A DNA stretch of 64,000 nucleotides from Eledone cirrhosa (Eukaryota): positions 316,572,001 to 316,636,000 of the forward strand of contig OZ024743.1 in NCBI GenBank assembly GCA_964016885.1, given 5' to 3'. Positions 14,286-27,599 of this stretch are shown here, piece by piece. The stretch's first letter is position 1, and every line of letters starts with the position of its first letter. The translations under genes were made by a program, and so were the position numbers. The notes under the pieces were generated by a model that did not search any database, was not told the origin of the DNA, and was given only the letters and a program-made list of their open reading frames with translations.

Positions 14286-14333
14286 TGTATATGTATATAT
14301 GTATGTATATATATATATATGTATATATGTATG

Positions 14334-14364
<31 letters not shown>

Positions 14365-14927
14365 GTATGTATATATATATATGTATATATATGTATGTAT
14401 ATAAAGTTTAGACCTATATATTATTAAAAAATATGTTATTATTACAAAACCATATATAATTTTATTAATTATTAACTAATTATCTTGAAAAATTTGTAAA
14501 TTTTAAATATTCGAATATTTCTAAGCTCATGGAATTTCCGAGAGTTTACAGAAGAATAATCCCTTATTTGTAATAGCAGTAGAGCGTAAAGGAAATTGCT
14601 AGCGATTTATTAATAATTTAGATAGCTCTAAGGATTAAATGCTATAAAGTTAAAAAATTTAATTATCCATCTGAATAATGTAATTAGAGTATGAATTTTA
14701 TGTTATTTTATAGCAAGTTATAAATTTATAACTCTAACCTGTCATACAGTTATGACTGTTAAAAACATAAATTTGTTTGCTATAACGTGTTAACATTTAA
14801 AAATTCATTCATTGGAATATATCCAAAGCATAAACCATAAAAAAACTCTTTCATAAGAGTATATCTGTAGAATATATTTAAAGTATAAATTTTATATATA
14901 TATAAACATTTTGATATACATATAGAT

Positions 14928-15006
<79 letters not shown>

Positions 15007-16013
15007 CATTAAGCATTTGAAAAATACATACATACAAAATACAATATAAAATATGAATTATAATTTAAATTCTGAATTATGAATTCTTTGTACCCATCAT
15101 AGGAATTTTCAGAAAAATCTCCTTCTACAAATCTTTCAGTATCAAGAAAAGTTTTTCAAGAAAAAATCTTTTTAAGATAGTTATAAGCAGTCATATGAAG
15201 GAATCTAATGAATTATCCATAGGTTTAATAAAGATGAGTTATGTATTACAATTTATATATATATTTAAACGTTGAGTTCAATCTATGTTTGCAAGAACTG
15301 AAAAGATTATTTCTTAAATTAACAGAATTTTTACTTTTTAATATAAAGAATATTTCCTCTATACAAAGAGCACAATTTTCAGAAGAAGCATTGAATGGAG
15401 GAGCTTTGGAGATAATATTCCAAAGTAAAGAATAGTTAGTGTTCTTTTATTTCAGGTGCCATAGTAAATTAGATAGAGAAGTTGAAGATTTTTTATCTAT
15501 ATTTGTAAAAGAGCTTTTATGGTTATTAAAACGAGACTTAAAATCTGTGGCGGTAGAGCCTACATAATTAAATGAATTTAAATTAGTTTTTACCTTACAA
15601 TTATATACTATATTTTTAACTAAACAATTGTTATTTAACGGACAGTTAGATTTATTTCTACAGTTACATTTATCAAAATTTGAGTTTCTATGTGCCGTAT
15701 TATTCAGTTGGATATTGCTGGGGTTATTAATAGTATTCTGGTTAGGTTTTAAGTTTCTATTATTAATTCTATATTTATTTATAAAATAATATTTATTTAT
15801 AAAACTAACCTATATTATATTTTATCTGATGAAAGCGCACCATTGTTTGATCTGGTGGCCCTTGAAATATGTATAATGAAATAAATATAGTTTTATAAAT
15901 ATAGTTTCCATTTGTTAATATATTGTATATTTACTCCAATAATTTATTGAGTGCTTTATATCAGTTATACAAATATTTTGCCTGTTGTGGCCCAACAAAT
16001 TAAATATAACCTC

Positions 16014-16055
<42 letters not shown>

Positions 16056-16056
16056 C

Positions 16057-16100
<44 letters not shown>

Positions 16101-17343
16101 ATCATCATCATCATCGTTTAACGTCCATCTTCCACGCTTGCATGGTTTGGACGGGAATTTTCCCACTTGAGGCAAGATTGGTTGTCTTGCTCGTATAGGA
16201 CTTTCTGGCAGGTTTTCTACGGCTGGATGCCCTTCCTAACACCAACCACGTTTACAGTGTGGACTGGGAGGTTTTTACCGTGTTACCTACACGGCCACAT
16301 TACAGCGTGGACTGTGTGTTTTTTTGTCGTGACACCTACACGACCTCATTTGTTTCGGGCTGGATGTTGTGACACCAACATAACTTTACATTGAAAGGGG
16401 TGGTGTGGATGGGGTGTGGGTAGTGGGACGGGGGTGTTTTTTGTTAGAGGTGTCTACTGACTGTAGTAGGTTTCACTTTGTAGTTAGGTAAGGCGGGTCT
16501 TCTCTATTACTGTGTAGCGCCAAAGCTCTCGGTCCAGTGACATTGTCTTGGAGAGGTGTAAGTGTGTGAGGTCCGAATTTATCAAGTCGTCCTAGGTTTT
16601 TCTGGGTCTGCCTACTCCGTGGCTACCGTCTATTTTTATTGCCCTGCACTTTTTTATACAGCTGTCGTCTTTCATGCGCATCACGTGACCATACCAACAT
16701 AGTCTTCTCTCGAGTAAACAACATCTGATCCCTCTTATTTCTAATTTTTCCCTTAGTTCGTTTATGCTTTGCCATTCAGGTATATTACTATTACACATCC
16801 AGCGGAGCATGCAAGCTTTGTTTCTCTCCAGTCTGCGTATATCCTCTGCACACAATGCCCATGTTTCACTGCCATTTCCCTTAGCCTTTGTCAAGGCAGA
16901 ATTCTAGGAGAAGGAAAACTCTGATATAACACCTGCAACCCTGATGATATGCAATGATGTTGACTTGTTCTTCTTTTTGGTAAATATCATCTTGGTTAAG
17001 AGAGTGGGAATGGCTTTGTGCAGTGCATTTGCTCACTATAAAAGCTTCACGGCACAGGCATTGCTTTATATCTGGAGATCTCTCTGCACTTGTCATCACA
17101 TGGTACCAAGGGCCCAGCACTATGTGTCAATAATTGTGACAAGTGTAGTGTTTGTACCAGAGTTTTCAAGTCGCTGGCCGGACTGAAAAGTCACACTCGT
17201 TCAGCGCATCGGTAGGGGTTCTCCTACATGGATATAAAGTAGTAGCCGTACTCGAGAACGAGTTGGCAGCCACCATGTGTATATATATGTATGTATGTGT
17301 ATATATATGTATGTATGTGTATATATATGTATGTATGTGTATT

Positions 17344-17394
<51 letters not shown>

Positions 17395-18102
17395 CAGGTC
17401 ACCAGTTGGTCACCAGTTGGTGCTACTGGTAACATGTATCCCAGTACAACCTGTCTCATGGTCGGGTCATTGGCGACTAAACTGGCAACCCCACCAAGGT
17501 TTCTTGGTGAGGAGGGTGACTTTGGACATCCTGCAGGACTAAAAACAAGACCTGTCAAAGGGCAAAGGAGCTCTTAAGAGTCAATGGCCATCCAAAATCA
17601 CAGGGAGAGATGACCCCTTAGCCTTTGTCAAGGCAGAATTCTAGGAGAAGGAAAACTCTGATATAACACCTGCAACCCTGATGGTATCCAATGATGTTGA
17701 CTTGTTCTTCTTTTTGGTAAATATCATCTTGGTTAAGAGAGTGGGACTGGCTTTGTGCAGTGCCTTTGCTCACTATAAAAGCTTCACGTCACAGGCATTG
17801 CTTTATATCTGGAGATCTATCTGCACTTGTCGTCACATGGTACCATGGGCCCAGCACTATGTGTCAATAATTGTGACAAGTGTAGTGTTTGTACCAGAGT
17901 TTTCAAGTCGCTGGCTGGACTAAAATATCACACTCGTTCAGCGCATCAGTAGGGGTTCTCCTCCATGGATATAAAGTAGTGGCCGTACTCGAAAACGAGT
18001 TGGCAGCCACCATATATATATATATGTATGTATGTATATATATATATATATATGTATGTATATATATATGTATGTATATATGTATGTATATATATATGTA
18101 TG

Positions 18103-18137
<35 letters not shown>

Positions 18138-18170
18138 GTATGTATATATATGTATATGTGTATATGTATG

Positions 18171-18210
<40 letters not shown>

Positions 18211-18252
18211 TGTATGTATATATATATATATATGTATATGTATATATGTATG

Positions 18253-18323
<71 letters not shown>

Positions 18324-18360
18324 GTATATGTATATATGTATGTATATGTATATATGTATG

Positions 18361-18391
<31 letters not shown>

Positions 18392-18958
18392 GTATGTATA
18401 TATATATATATATGTATATATATGTATGTATATAAAGTTTAGACCTATATATTATTAAAAAATATGTTATTATTACAAAACCATATATAATTTTATTAAT
18501 TATTAACTAATTATCTTGAAAAATTTGTAAATTTTAAATATTCGAATATTTCTAAGCTCATGGAATTTCCGAGAGTTTACAGAAGAATAATCCCTTATTT
18601 GTAATAGCAGTAGAGCGTAAAGGAAATTGCTAGCGATTTATTAATAATTTAGATAGCTCTAAGGATTAAATGCTATAAAGTTAAAAAATTTAATTATCCA
18701 TCTGAATAATGTAATTAGAGTATGAATTTTATGTTATTTTATAGCAAGTTATAAATTTATAACTCTAACCTGTCATACAGTTATGACTGTTAAAAACATA
18801 AATTTGTTTGCTATAACGTGTTAACATTTAAAAATTCATTCATTGGAATATATCCAAAGCATAAACCATAAAAAAACTCTTTCATAAGAGTATATCTGTA
18901 GAATATATTTAAAGTATAAATTTTATATATATATAAACATTTTGATATACATATAGAT

Positions 18959-19041
<83 letters not shown>

Positions 19042-20066
19042 CATTAAGCATTTGAAAAATACATAAATACAAAATACAATATAAAATATGAATTATAATT
19101 TAAATTCTGAATTATGAATTCTTTGTACCCATCATAGGAATTTTCAGAAAAATCTCCTTCTACAAATCTTTCAGTATCAAGAAAAGTTTTTCAAGAAAAA
19201 ATCTTTTTAAGATAGTTATAAGCAGTCATATGAAGGAATCTAATGAATTATCCATAGGTTTAATAAAGATGAGTTATGTATTACAATTTATATATATATT
19301 TAAACGTTGAGTTCAATCTATGTTTGCAAGAACTGAAAAGATTATTTCTTAAATTAACAGAATTTTTACTTTTTAATATAAAGAATATTTCCTCTATACA
19401 AAGAGCACAATTTTCAGAAGAAGCATTGAATGGAGGAGCTTTGGAGATAATATTCCAAAGTAAAGAATAGTTAGTGTTCTTTTATTTCAGGTGCCATAGT
19501 AAATTAGATAGAGAAGTTGAAGATTTTTTATCTATATTTGTAAAAGAGCTTTTATGGTTATTAAAACGAGACTTAAAATCTGTGGAGGTAGAGCCTACAT
19601 AATTAAATGAATTTAAATTAGTTTTTACCTTACAATTATATACTATATTTTTAACTAAACAATTGTTATTTAACGGACAGTTAGATTTATTTCTACAGTT
19701 ACATTTATCAAAATTTGAGTTTCTATGTGCCGTATTATTCAGTTGGATATTGCTGGGGTTATTAATAGTATTCTGGTTAGGTTTTAAGTTTCTATTATTA
19801 ATTCTATATTTATTTATAAAATAATATTTATTTATAAAATAATATTTATTTATAAAACTAACCTATATTATATTTTATCTGATGAAAGCGCACCATAGTT
19901 TGATCTGGTGGCCCTTGAAATATGTATAATGAAATAAATATAGTTTTATAAATATAGTTTCCATTTGTTAATATATTGTATATTTACTCCAATAATTTAT
20001 TGAGTGCTTTATATCAGTTATACAAATATTTTGCCTGTTGTGGCCCAACAAATTAAATATAACCTC

Positions 20067-20157
<91 letters not shown>

Positions 20158-20934
20158 ATCATCATCATCATCGTTTAACGTCCATCTTCCACGCTTGCAT
20201 GGTTTGGACGGGAATTTTCCCACTTGAGGCAAGATTGGTTGTCTTGCTCGTATAGGACTTTCTGGCAGGTTTTCTACGGCTGGATGCCCTTCCTAACACC
20301 AACCACGTTTACAGTGTGGACTGGGAGGTTTTTACCGTGTTACCTACACGGCCACATTACAGCGTGGACTGTGTGTTTTTTTGTCGTGACACCTACACGA
20401 CCTCATTTGTTTCGGGCTGGATGTTGTGACACCAACATAACTTTACATTGAAAGGGGTGGTGTGGATGGGGTGTGGGTAGTGGGACGGGGGTGTTTTTTG
20501 TTAGAGGTGTCTACTGACTGTAGTAGGTTTCACTTTGTAGTTAGGTAAGGCGGGTCTTCTCTATTACTGTGTAGCGCCAAAGCTCTCGGTCCAGTGACAT
20601 TGTCTTGGAGAGGTGTAAGTGTGTGAGGTCCGAATTTATCAAGTCGTCCTAGGTTTTTCTGGGTCTGCCTACTCCGTGGCTACCGTCTATTTTTATTGCC
20701 CTGCACTTTTTTATACAGCTGTCGTCTTTCATGCGCATCACGTGACCATACCAACGTAGTCTTCTCTCGAGTAAACAACATCTGATCCCTCTTATTTCTA
20801 ATTTTTCCCTTAGTTCGTTTATGCTTTGCCATTCAGGTATATTACTATTACACATCCAGCGGAGCATGCAAGCTTTGTTTCTCTCCAGTCTGCGTATATC
20901 CTCTGCACACAATGCCCATGTTTCACTGCCATTT

Positions 20935-21331
20935 CCCTTAGCCTTTGTCAAGGCAGAATTCTAGGAGAAGGAAAACTCTGATATAACACCTGCAACCCTG
21001 GCGGTATCCAATGATGTTGACTTGTTCTTCTTTTTGGTAAATATCATCTTGGTTAAGAGAGTGGGACTGGCTTTGTGCAGTGCCTTTGCTCACTATAAAA
21101 GCTTCACGGCACAGGCATTGCTTTATATCTGGAGATATCTCTGCACTTGTCATCACATGGTACCATGGCCCAGCACTATGTGTCAGTAATTGTCACAAGT
21201 GTAGTGTTTGTACCCGAGTTTTCAAGTCGCTGGCTGGACTAAAAGTCACACTTGTTCAGCGCATCGGTAGGGGTTCTCCTACATGGATATAAAGTAGTGG
21301 CCGTACTCGAAAACGAGTTGGCAGCCACCAT
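20935..21331 (+). mobile_element. 5'-truncated element B closing the amplicon (equivalent fragments at 8940-9338, 12941-13339, 16878-17276)
   Basis: Homologous to the 3' two-thirds of element B, with private substitutions. Confidence 0.8.
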
Positions 21332-21361
21332 ATATATATATATATATGTATGTATGTGTAT

Positions 21362-24098
21362 CATCATCATCATCATCGTTTAACGTCCATTTTCCATGCT
21401 TGCATGGGTTTGGACGGAGGGTTTTCCCACTTGAGGCAAGAGTGGTTATCTTGCTCGCATAGGACTATCTGGTGGGTTTTCTACAGCTGGATGCCCTTCC
21501 TAACACCAACCACATTTATAGTGTGGGGCTGGGAGGTTTTTACCGTGTTGCCTACACGGCCACATTACAGCGTGAACTGTGTGTTTTTTTCATGTGACAC
21601 CTACACGATCTCATTTGTTTCGGCCTGGATGTTGTGGCACCAACATAACTTTACATTGAAAGGGGCGGTGTGGATGGGGTGGGGGTGGTGGGACGGGGGT
21701 GTTTTTTGTTAGAGATGCCTACTGACTGTAGTAGGTTTTACTTTGTATTTAGGTAAGGCGGGTCTTCTCTATTACTGAGTACCGCCAAAGGTCTCGGTCC
21801 AGTGACATTGTCTTGGTGAGGTGTAAGTGTGTGAGGTCGGAATTTATCAGCTCGTCCTAGGTTTTTCTGCGTCTGCCTATTCCGTGGCTACCGTCTATCT
21901 TTATTGCCCTGCACTTTGTTATACAGCTATCGTCCTTCATGCGCATCACGTGACCATACCAACGAAGCCTTCTCTCGAGTAAATAACATCTGATCCCTCT
22001 TATTTCTAATTTTTTCCTTAGTTCGTTTATGCTTTGCCGTTCACGTATATTACTATTACACATCCAGCGGAGCATGCAAGCTTCGTTTCTCTCTAGTCTG
22101 CCTATATCCTCTGCACACAATGCCCAGGTCTCACTGCCGTGCAACCTTGCTGTTCGTATGCAGGCATCGTACAACCTGCCTTTCATTTTTAGGGAGAACC
22201 CTTTAGCGGCTAATAGTGGTATGAGCTCTCTGAACTTTTTCGACCCAGTTCTGACTCTAGCTACTGTACTTTCAGAGCACCCTCCCCCACTGCTGATTTT
22301 GTCACCCAGGTAACGGAAGCTGTCCACTATTTCTATAGAACCCTCTGCGCAGTTGAAAGAGCTAGTATTTTTGGGCACTTGCTGCTACTTATTGCCCCAG
22401 AACACTGGCCACATGTAAAATCTATGTTCTTAGTTAGCTTACCTGTGATCCCACTACATCTTTTATGCACCCAAACTTTGCATTTGGGACACAAAATGGA
22501 GTTTCTACCTACGCCTTTCCTACACTCTGAGCATGGCCACTTCCCGGAGGGGACCGCCGCCTTATTTTCTTTCTTACAAACTAGAACTTTAGTCTTAGCC
22601 AGGTTAATTTTAAGGCCTTTTGATTCTAGGCCATGCTTCCATGTTTGGAATTTCTTCTCTAGCTCGGCCATTGTTTCAGCTATGAGCGTTAGATCATCTG
22701 CGTATAGGAGTTCCCATGGGCAGCCGGTCTTGAACACCACTGTTATAGCCTGGAGGGCAATAATAAATAGCAGGGGGCTAAGAACAGAGCCCTGATGAAC
22801 ACCAACTTTTACACTAAACTCTTCACTATATTCGTTGTTAATTCTAACCTTGCTGACTGTTTCTTTATACATGGCTTGTATAGCTCTCACAAGCCATTCA
22901 TCAACACCTAGTTTTCTAAGAGCCCACCAGATAATGGAACGGGGGACTCTGTCGAAGGCTTTCTCCAAGTCGACGAAAGCTAAGTATAGGGGTTTACTTT
23001 TAGCTAGGTACTTCTCCTGTAGTTGTCGTACAATGAAAAGAGCGTCTGTGGTACTTTTTCCTGACACAAACCCGAACTGCATTTCATCTAGATCAATTCG
23101 CTCTCTGATTAGTTGCGCTATTACTTTTTCCGTGACCTTCATGACCTGGTCGATTAATTTAATGCCTCTATAGTTACTCCTATCTAGGGCATCTCCTTTA
23201 CCCTTATAACAGTTAACGATGATGCTGCTACGCCAGTCCTTCGGATCAGCCCCATTCTGTATGACTTGGTTGACTATCCGGGTGACCATGGTGTGTCCCA
23301 CCGTACCAGATGCCTTCAGCATCTCGGCAACTATTTCCGAAGGCCCGTCTTCATATCTTTGATTGCCTTACTTATTATACTACCCTCGACTAACACTGCT
23401 GGTCCCTCTATTGGCTCGATGTGGGGGAGACTGTCTTTCTCCCATTTATTCTCCTCATTTAGTAGCCTTTCATAGTGACACTTCCAAGCTACCTTCTTAT
23501 CAGCGTCGGTGATGGCAAGTACGCCATCATCATTAAGTACACACTTCTCCCCGACAATATCACTGTTTTCCTTGACACATTGCCTAGCAATCCTGAACAC
23601 CTCACGTTTTTGGTCATCGCGTTGTAGAACATGCTTGAACTTTCTTTCCTCTGCTTCCCTTCTTGCGAAGTACACTTGTCTCCTAGCTTCCCTCCTGGCC
23701 ACTTGATAGTCTTCTCTACTTCCCCCATCCCGCCATACTTTCCAAGCCTGCTTTTTGGCCTTGATTGATTCCTCCACCTTACTGTTCCACCACAAAGTTA
23801 ATCTCCTCCTGCCAACAGGCCTGCTCCAGCCACAGACTTCATCTGTCGCCATCAGCAGGTTTGCTTTCAGAAATTCCCACTGTCCCTCTATATTGTCCGA
23901 CTCTAAATGCTCTTCCTTACTGTCGAAAGCATCAAGTAATACGCTTTGAAATTTATTTTTGGCTGTGGGGTCCTTTAGCTTCCATATTTTTCTCCTGAGG
24001 ATAGTCCTCTTCTGTTGTCTAGTACGTCTCGTCCTGACTATTAGGTCGCTAATTATCAGTCTATGTTGGGGGGTGTATTCTTCATGGGGGAGGGATTT
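21362..24098 (-). mobile_element. 5'-truncated RTE LINE (end of APE, RT, PHD-like finger, C-terminus, 3' UTR)
   Basis: ORFs 23331-24125, 22333-23322 (DLEKAFD, HQGSVLSP, YADD) and 21857-22378; frameshifts; closely similar to 33593-36400. Confidence 0.95.
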
Positions 24099-24120
24099 AA
24101 TATATATATATATATATATT

Positions 24121-24520
24121 ACCAACTACACCTCTCAAAGTCAATGACACACGACCGTGACTTCTGGCGTCACGCAGTAATACAGGGTACCCGACCTCCC
24201 ATGGGTACATGCTGAAGCATATAAACAATATGCCCCCCCCCCCCCACCGCAAGGTGGTCGTGGAGGTGCCACGGCAAAAAAGCACCCAGCCCACACTGTA
24301 AAGTGGACGTGTAGGCGCCACGAAAAAGCACCCAGCACTCACTGTAAATGAGGTTGGTGTTAGGAAGGGCATCCAGCTGTAGAAATCAAGCCAGATCAGT
24401 TCCTGTATGAGCAAGGCATGGTCAGCCGACCAGACACTGCCCACAACAGGACAACCCGTCTAACCCATGCTAGCGTGGAAGAACGGACGTAAAACGGTGA
24501 TGATGATGATGATGATGATG
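24121..24520 (+). mobile_element. RTE 3'-end fragment with (GAT)n tail; inverted copy of ~668-1050
   Basis: The minus ORF at 24097-24444 matches the plus ORF at 729-1004 almost residue for residue. Confidence 0.92.
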
Positions 24521-24580
24521 ATATATATATATATATATGTATAATATATAAGATCAAAAGATGGTGAAATGAGTTCCATG

Positions 24581-24651
24581 TATTTTATTATGCGCATTTC
24601 AAAAACAAATATCATCATGCAATAACATTTGTGTTTTCATCAGATAAAATA
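24581..24651 (-). ncRNA. Type I hammerhead ribozyme
   Basis: Minus strand: TATTTTAT CTGATGA AAACACAAATGTTAT..GATATTTGTTTTT GAAA TGCGCA TA ATAAAATA. Perfect 8-bp stem I and palindromic stem III region. Confidence 0.82.
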
Positions 24652-24734
24652 GGAGGACATGATATGAAGGTTAAAAAACACTTGTGGATAGTGCAGTTTT
24701 AAATCAACATATCTACAATAAAACTCACCTCCTA

Positions 24735-24746
24735 CATATATATATG

Positions 24747-24777
<31 letters not shown>

Positions 24778-24958
24778 GTATATATATATATGTATGTGTA
24801 TATATGTAAATATATATATATATATATATGTTTGTGTATATATGTAAATATATATATATGTGTATATATGTAAATATATGTAAATATATATGTATGTGTA
24901 TATATGTAAATATATGTGTATATATGTATATATATATATGTATGCGTATATATGTAAG

Positions 24959-24991
<33 letters not shown>

Positions 24992-25020
24992 TCAGACACA
25001 CAGATACATATATACACATG
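24735..25020. repeat. TA/TATG microsatellite
   Basis: Simple repeat. Confidence 0.93.
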
Positions 25021-25210
25021 AATGAAGATAAATATAATGTAATAGTGTTTGCCTATAAAACATTGTGTGATGTAGAGAGAGCAGTAGTAATGTTTCCTGC
25101 ATCAAAGAAACTGTCAATAATATAAAACAAACTAACTTTATATAAACAACATTGAAGAGACAGAGTTCTCAGTGTTTACCAATAAAACTGAAATACTTAG
25201 GAGACTCATT

Positions 25211-25495
25211 GATGCACATGGCTTAGGGGTAAGAGTGTTGGACTTACAATCATAATGCCATGGGTTCAATTCCTGGATTGGGTTGTGTGTTGTGTTCTTG
25301 AGAAAAACATTTCATTTCACATTACTCCAGTATACTAAGCTAGAAATGAGTACCAGCAATAGCTGGAGGTTTAACCCTGCAATGGACTGGCATCCTGTCC
25401 AGGGGTGAGTCTTGTACTCAGTTGCTTAATACCACAGAAACTAGGATAAGCACTGGCCTGATGAGCCTCAGGCTTCGAGACAGACTTTAAACTAT
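25211..25495 (+). mobile_element. tRNA-derived SINE (degenerate)
   Basis: A-box-like TGGCTTAGGGG, B-box-like GGTTCAATTCC; head homologous to 30459-30605 on the minus strand. Confidence 0.72.
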
Positions 25496-25519
25496 AACAT
25501 AGGAGCTTCAATGGATATA

Positions 25520-25690
25520 TGTGTAGCCAAGGCTGTTTGGTTAAGCAGTTTGCTTTGCAAACATCTGGTTCTGGGTTCAGTCAAGATTCCTAGTACCTTT
25601 GGCAATTGTCCTTTACTATATAGCCTCCTTGGGTTGACAAATGTTTTGCGCATGAAATTTAGTTGAGAAAAAAACAGTTGGAGGACAATT
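25520..25690 (+). mobile_element. Degenerate tRNA-derived SINE head (second family)
   Basis: GGCTGTTTGGTTAAG...GGGTTCAGTC...ACCTTTGGCAATTGTCCTTTACTATA..GCC resembles, from memory, an abundant cephalopod SINE head. Confidence 0.5.
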
Positions 25691-26054
25691 AGAAATCATG
25701 ACCAAGGTAAACCCAGCTCCTGTAGAGTGTTAGGAGGAATCAAGGGCCAAAACACTTGTTTGATTGGAGTTATTCTTCTGAAGATCCTCCTGCTGTTCAC
25801 TGGCTCCATTGCGAGTTTCTGCCTACTTGCTTCTCTATCTGTGCTATGTAAACTTGTCATCTAGCTACTCTTTTAGATATTTAACATTGCTCTTTAATGC
25901 CCTTAGTTTTCCAGTTTTTCCATACATATATATATATATAGATAGATAGATACACACAAACACACACATATAAATATATAACTGTGTATTTGGTTTAGAG
26001 TAGGTACACCATATCCCTGCATATTGTAAGAAGCAATTCAAAGAGTTAGTATCA

Positions 26055-26136
26055 TGAAGGACATCTGGCTGTAAAACATTGCTTCAAAGAGTCCTGTCCA
26101 ACCCATACCAGTTGACATAAAAATGATGATGATGAT
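26055..26136 (+). mobile_element. Very degenerate RTE-type 3' tail
   Basis: GAAGGACATCTGGCTGTAAAA...CCAACCCATACCAG...AAAATGATGATGATG is similar to 24360-24520. Confidence 0.5.
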
Positions 26137-26440
26137 AAATACTTATATATATATATAAGTATTTATCATCATCATCATATATATTTCAATTTTGTATCTG
26201 TTTTGCAAGGTTTCTTATTTGAAAATGTGTGTTGAAACAGATATATATATACGTGCTATTGAAATGCTGGGTAAATATTCTATAGCTGTTGATCGCGAAT
26301 AGATGGCTGTCGTTTATTTATCTATTATTTCTTCATAGGTGCCTTTTAATCTTATAGCCTGGTTTAATTGGTTTTTTTGTGTGGTTGATTATGCTAATTG
26401 GGAGAGGAAATGTAGTATATATCTTATCAAATGATTCTAT

Positions 26441-26491
<51 letters not shown>

Positions 26492-27131
26492 GGTAGATGT
26501 CTGTGTGTGTGTGTGTGTGTGTGTGTATGATTTCTATGCATTTCCACATTTCTCTACTGATTTTGATGAATATTTTTCCAATGTGCTCCAAATTTACCAA
26601 GGAAGGTCAACACGTAATTATTTTTGCCAAAAATGTCCTGCTTCTATGAAAAGAAATCGATAAAACTAAATACATGCTGTAACCCCCTCTCTTACACGCT
26701 TCATTCCTCTCACTACTACCATCAAAAATATATGAAACTACATTCATGTTGCAACTCTCTTTAAAAGGTTCATATTTTCCTCTACTGCCCCCTCAATCTC
26801 CTCTGCAACTCTCTTTAAAAGGTTACTGCCTCCGTCTACTACCCTTTACAGTTTAGAACAACAAAACTTCTTTTGATGGAACGCGACATAAACTTTGAAA
26901 CCTAAGCAACACGACAACCATAGCTTTACTCTCTCCGTCGCTCTTCCCTCTCTCTACAATAGATTATTCCCCCTCTCTACAGTCATAATGACACTCATAC
27001 ATCAAATATCAAAATTTAAAAAGCTGATAACACTAAATACATACTGCTCTCTCAACGTTACATTTTACATCAAATAACAAATATTCAAAAGCAACAGCTG
27101 AATTTATAAAACAACAAACGTAACAATAACA

Positions 27132-27530
27132 CCTCTCTATAATTTAACTGCTTTATTCTCTCTTCTCTCTGTCTCTCTTCACTCCCTATATGACAACACT
27201 GCAGAGAGAGAAACAATGTATATGATCAAATGGAACATTCCGTATATTCTCCCCCTCTATAATTTAACTGCTTTACTCTCTCTTCACTCCCTATATGACA
27301 ACACTGCAGAGAGAGAAACAATGTATATGATCAAATGGAACATTCCGTATATTCTCCCCCTCTATAATTTAACTGCTTTACTCTCTCTTCACTCCCTATA
27401 TGACAACACTGCAGAGAGAGAAACAATGTATATGATCAAATGGAGCGTTCCGTATATTCCCCCTCTCTATAATTTAACTGCTTTACTCTCTCTGTCGTTC
27501 TTCACTCCCTATGTAACAACACTGCAGTGG
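27132..27530 (+). repeat. 105-bp minisatellite, about 3.5 copies
   Basis: ATGTATATGATCAAATGG recurs at 27216, 27321 and 27426. Confidence 0.92.
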
Positions 27531-27599
27531 AGCGTTCCGTATTGAGCATTCCGTATTGGCATACGGCTTATCTGGGGCATTTTCAATCGGCTTATTGCA

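Larger units (their letters stand above)
4913..20934. repeat. Tandem amplicon, 4 copies of a ~4.0-kb unit (starts ~4913, 8940, 12941, 16878)
   Basis: Identical ORFs recur at 7285/11288/15241/19276 and 8654/12655/16592/20649. Unit = B fragment, microsatellite, full B, microsatellite, AT-rich Penelope-like DNA, hammerhead, RTE 3' end. Confidence 0.96.

Noticed and set aside
25455-25495. CTGATGAG motif as a hammerhead
   Set aside because: No GAAA box or stem III; it is part of the SINE tail.
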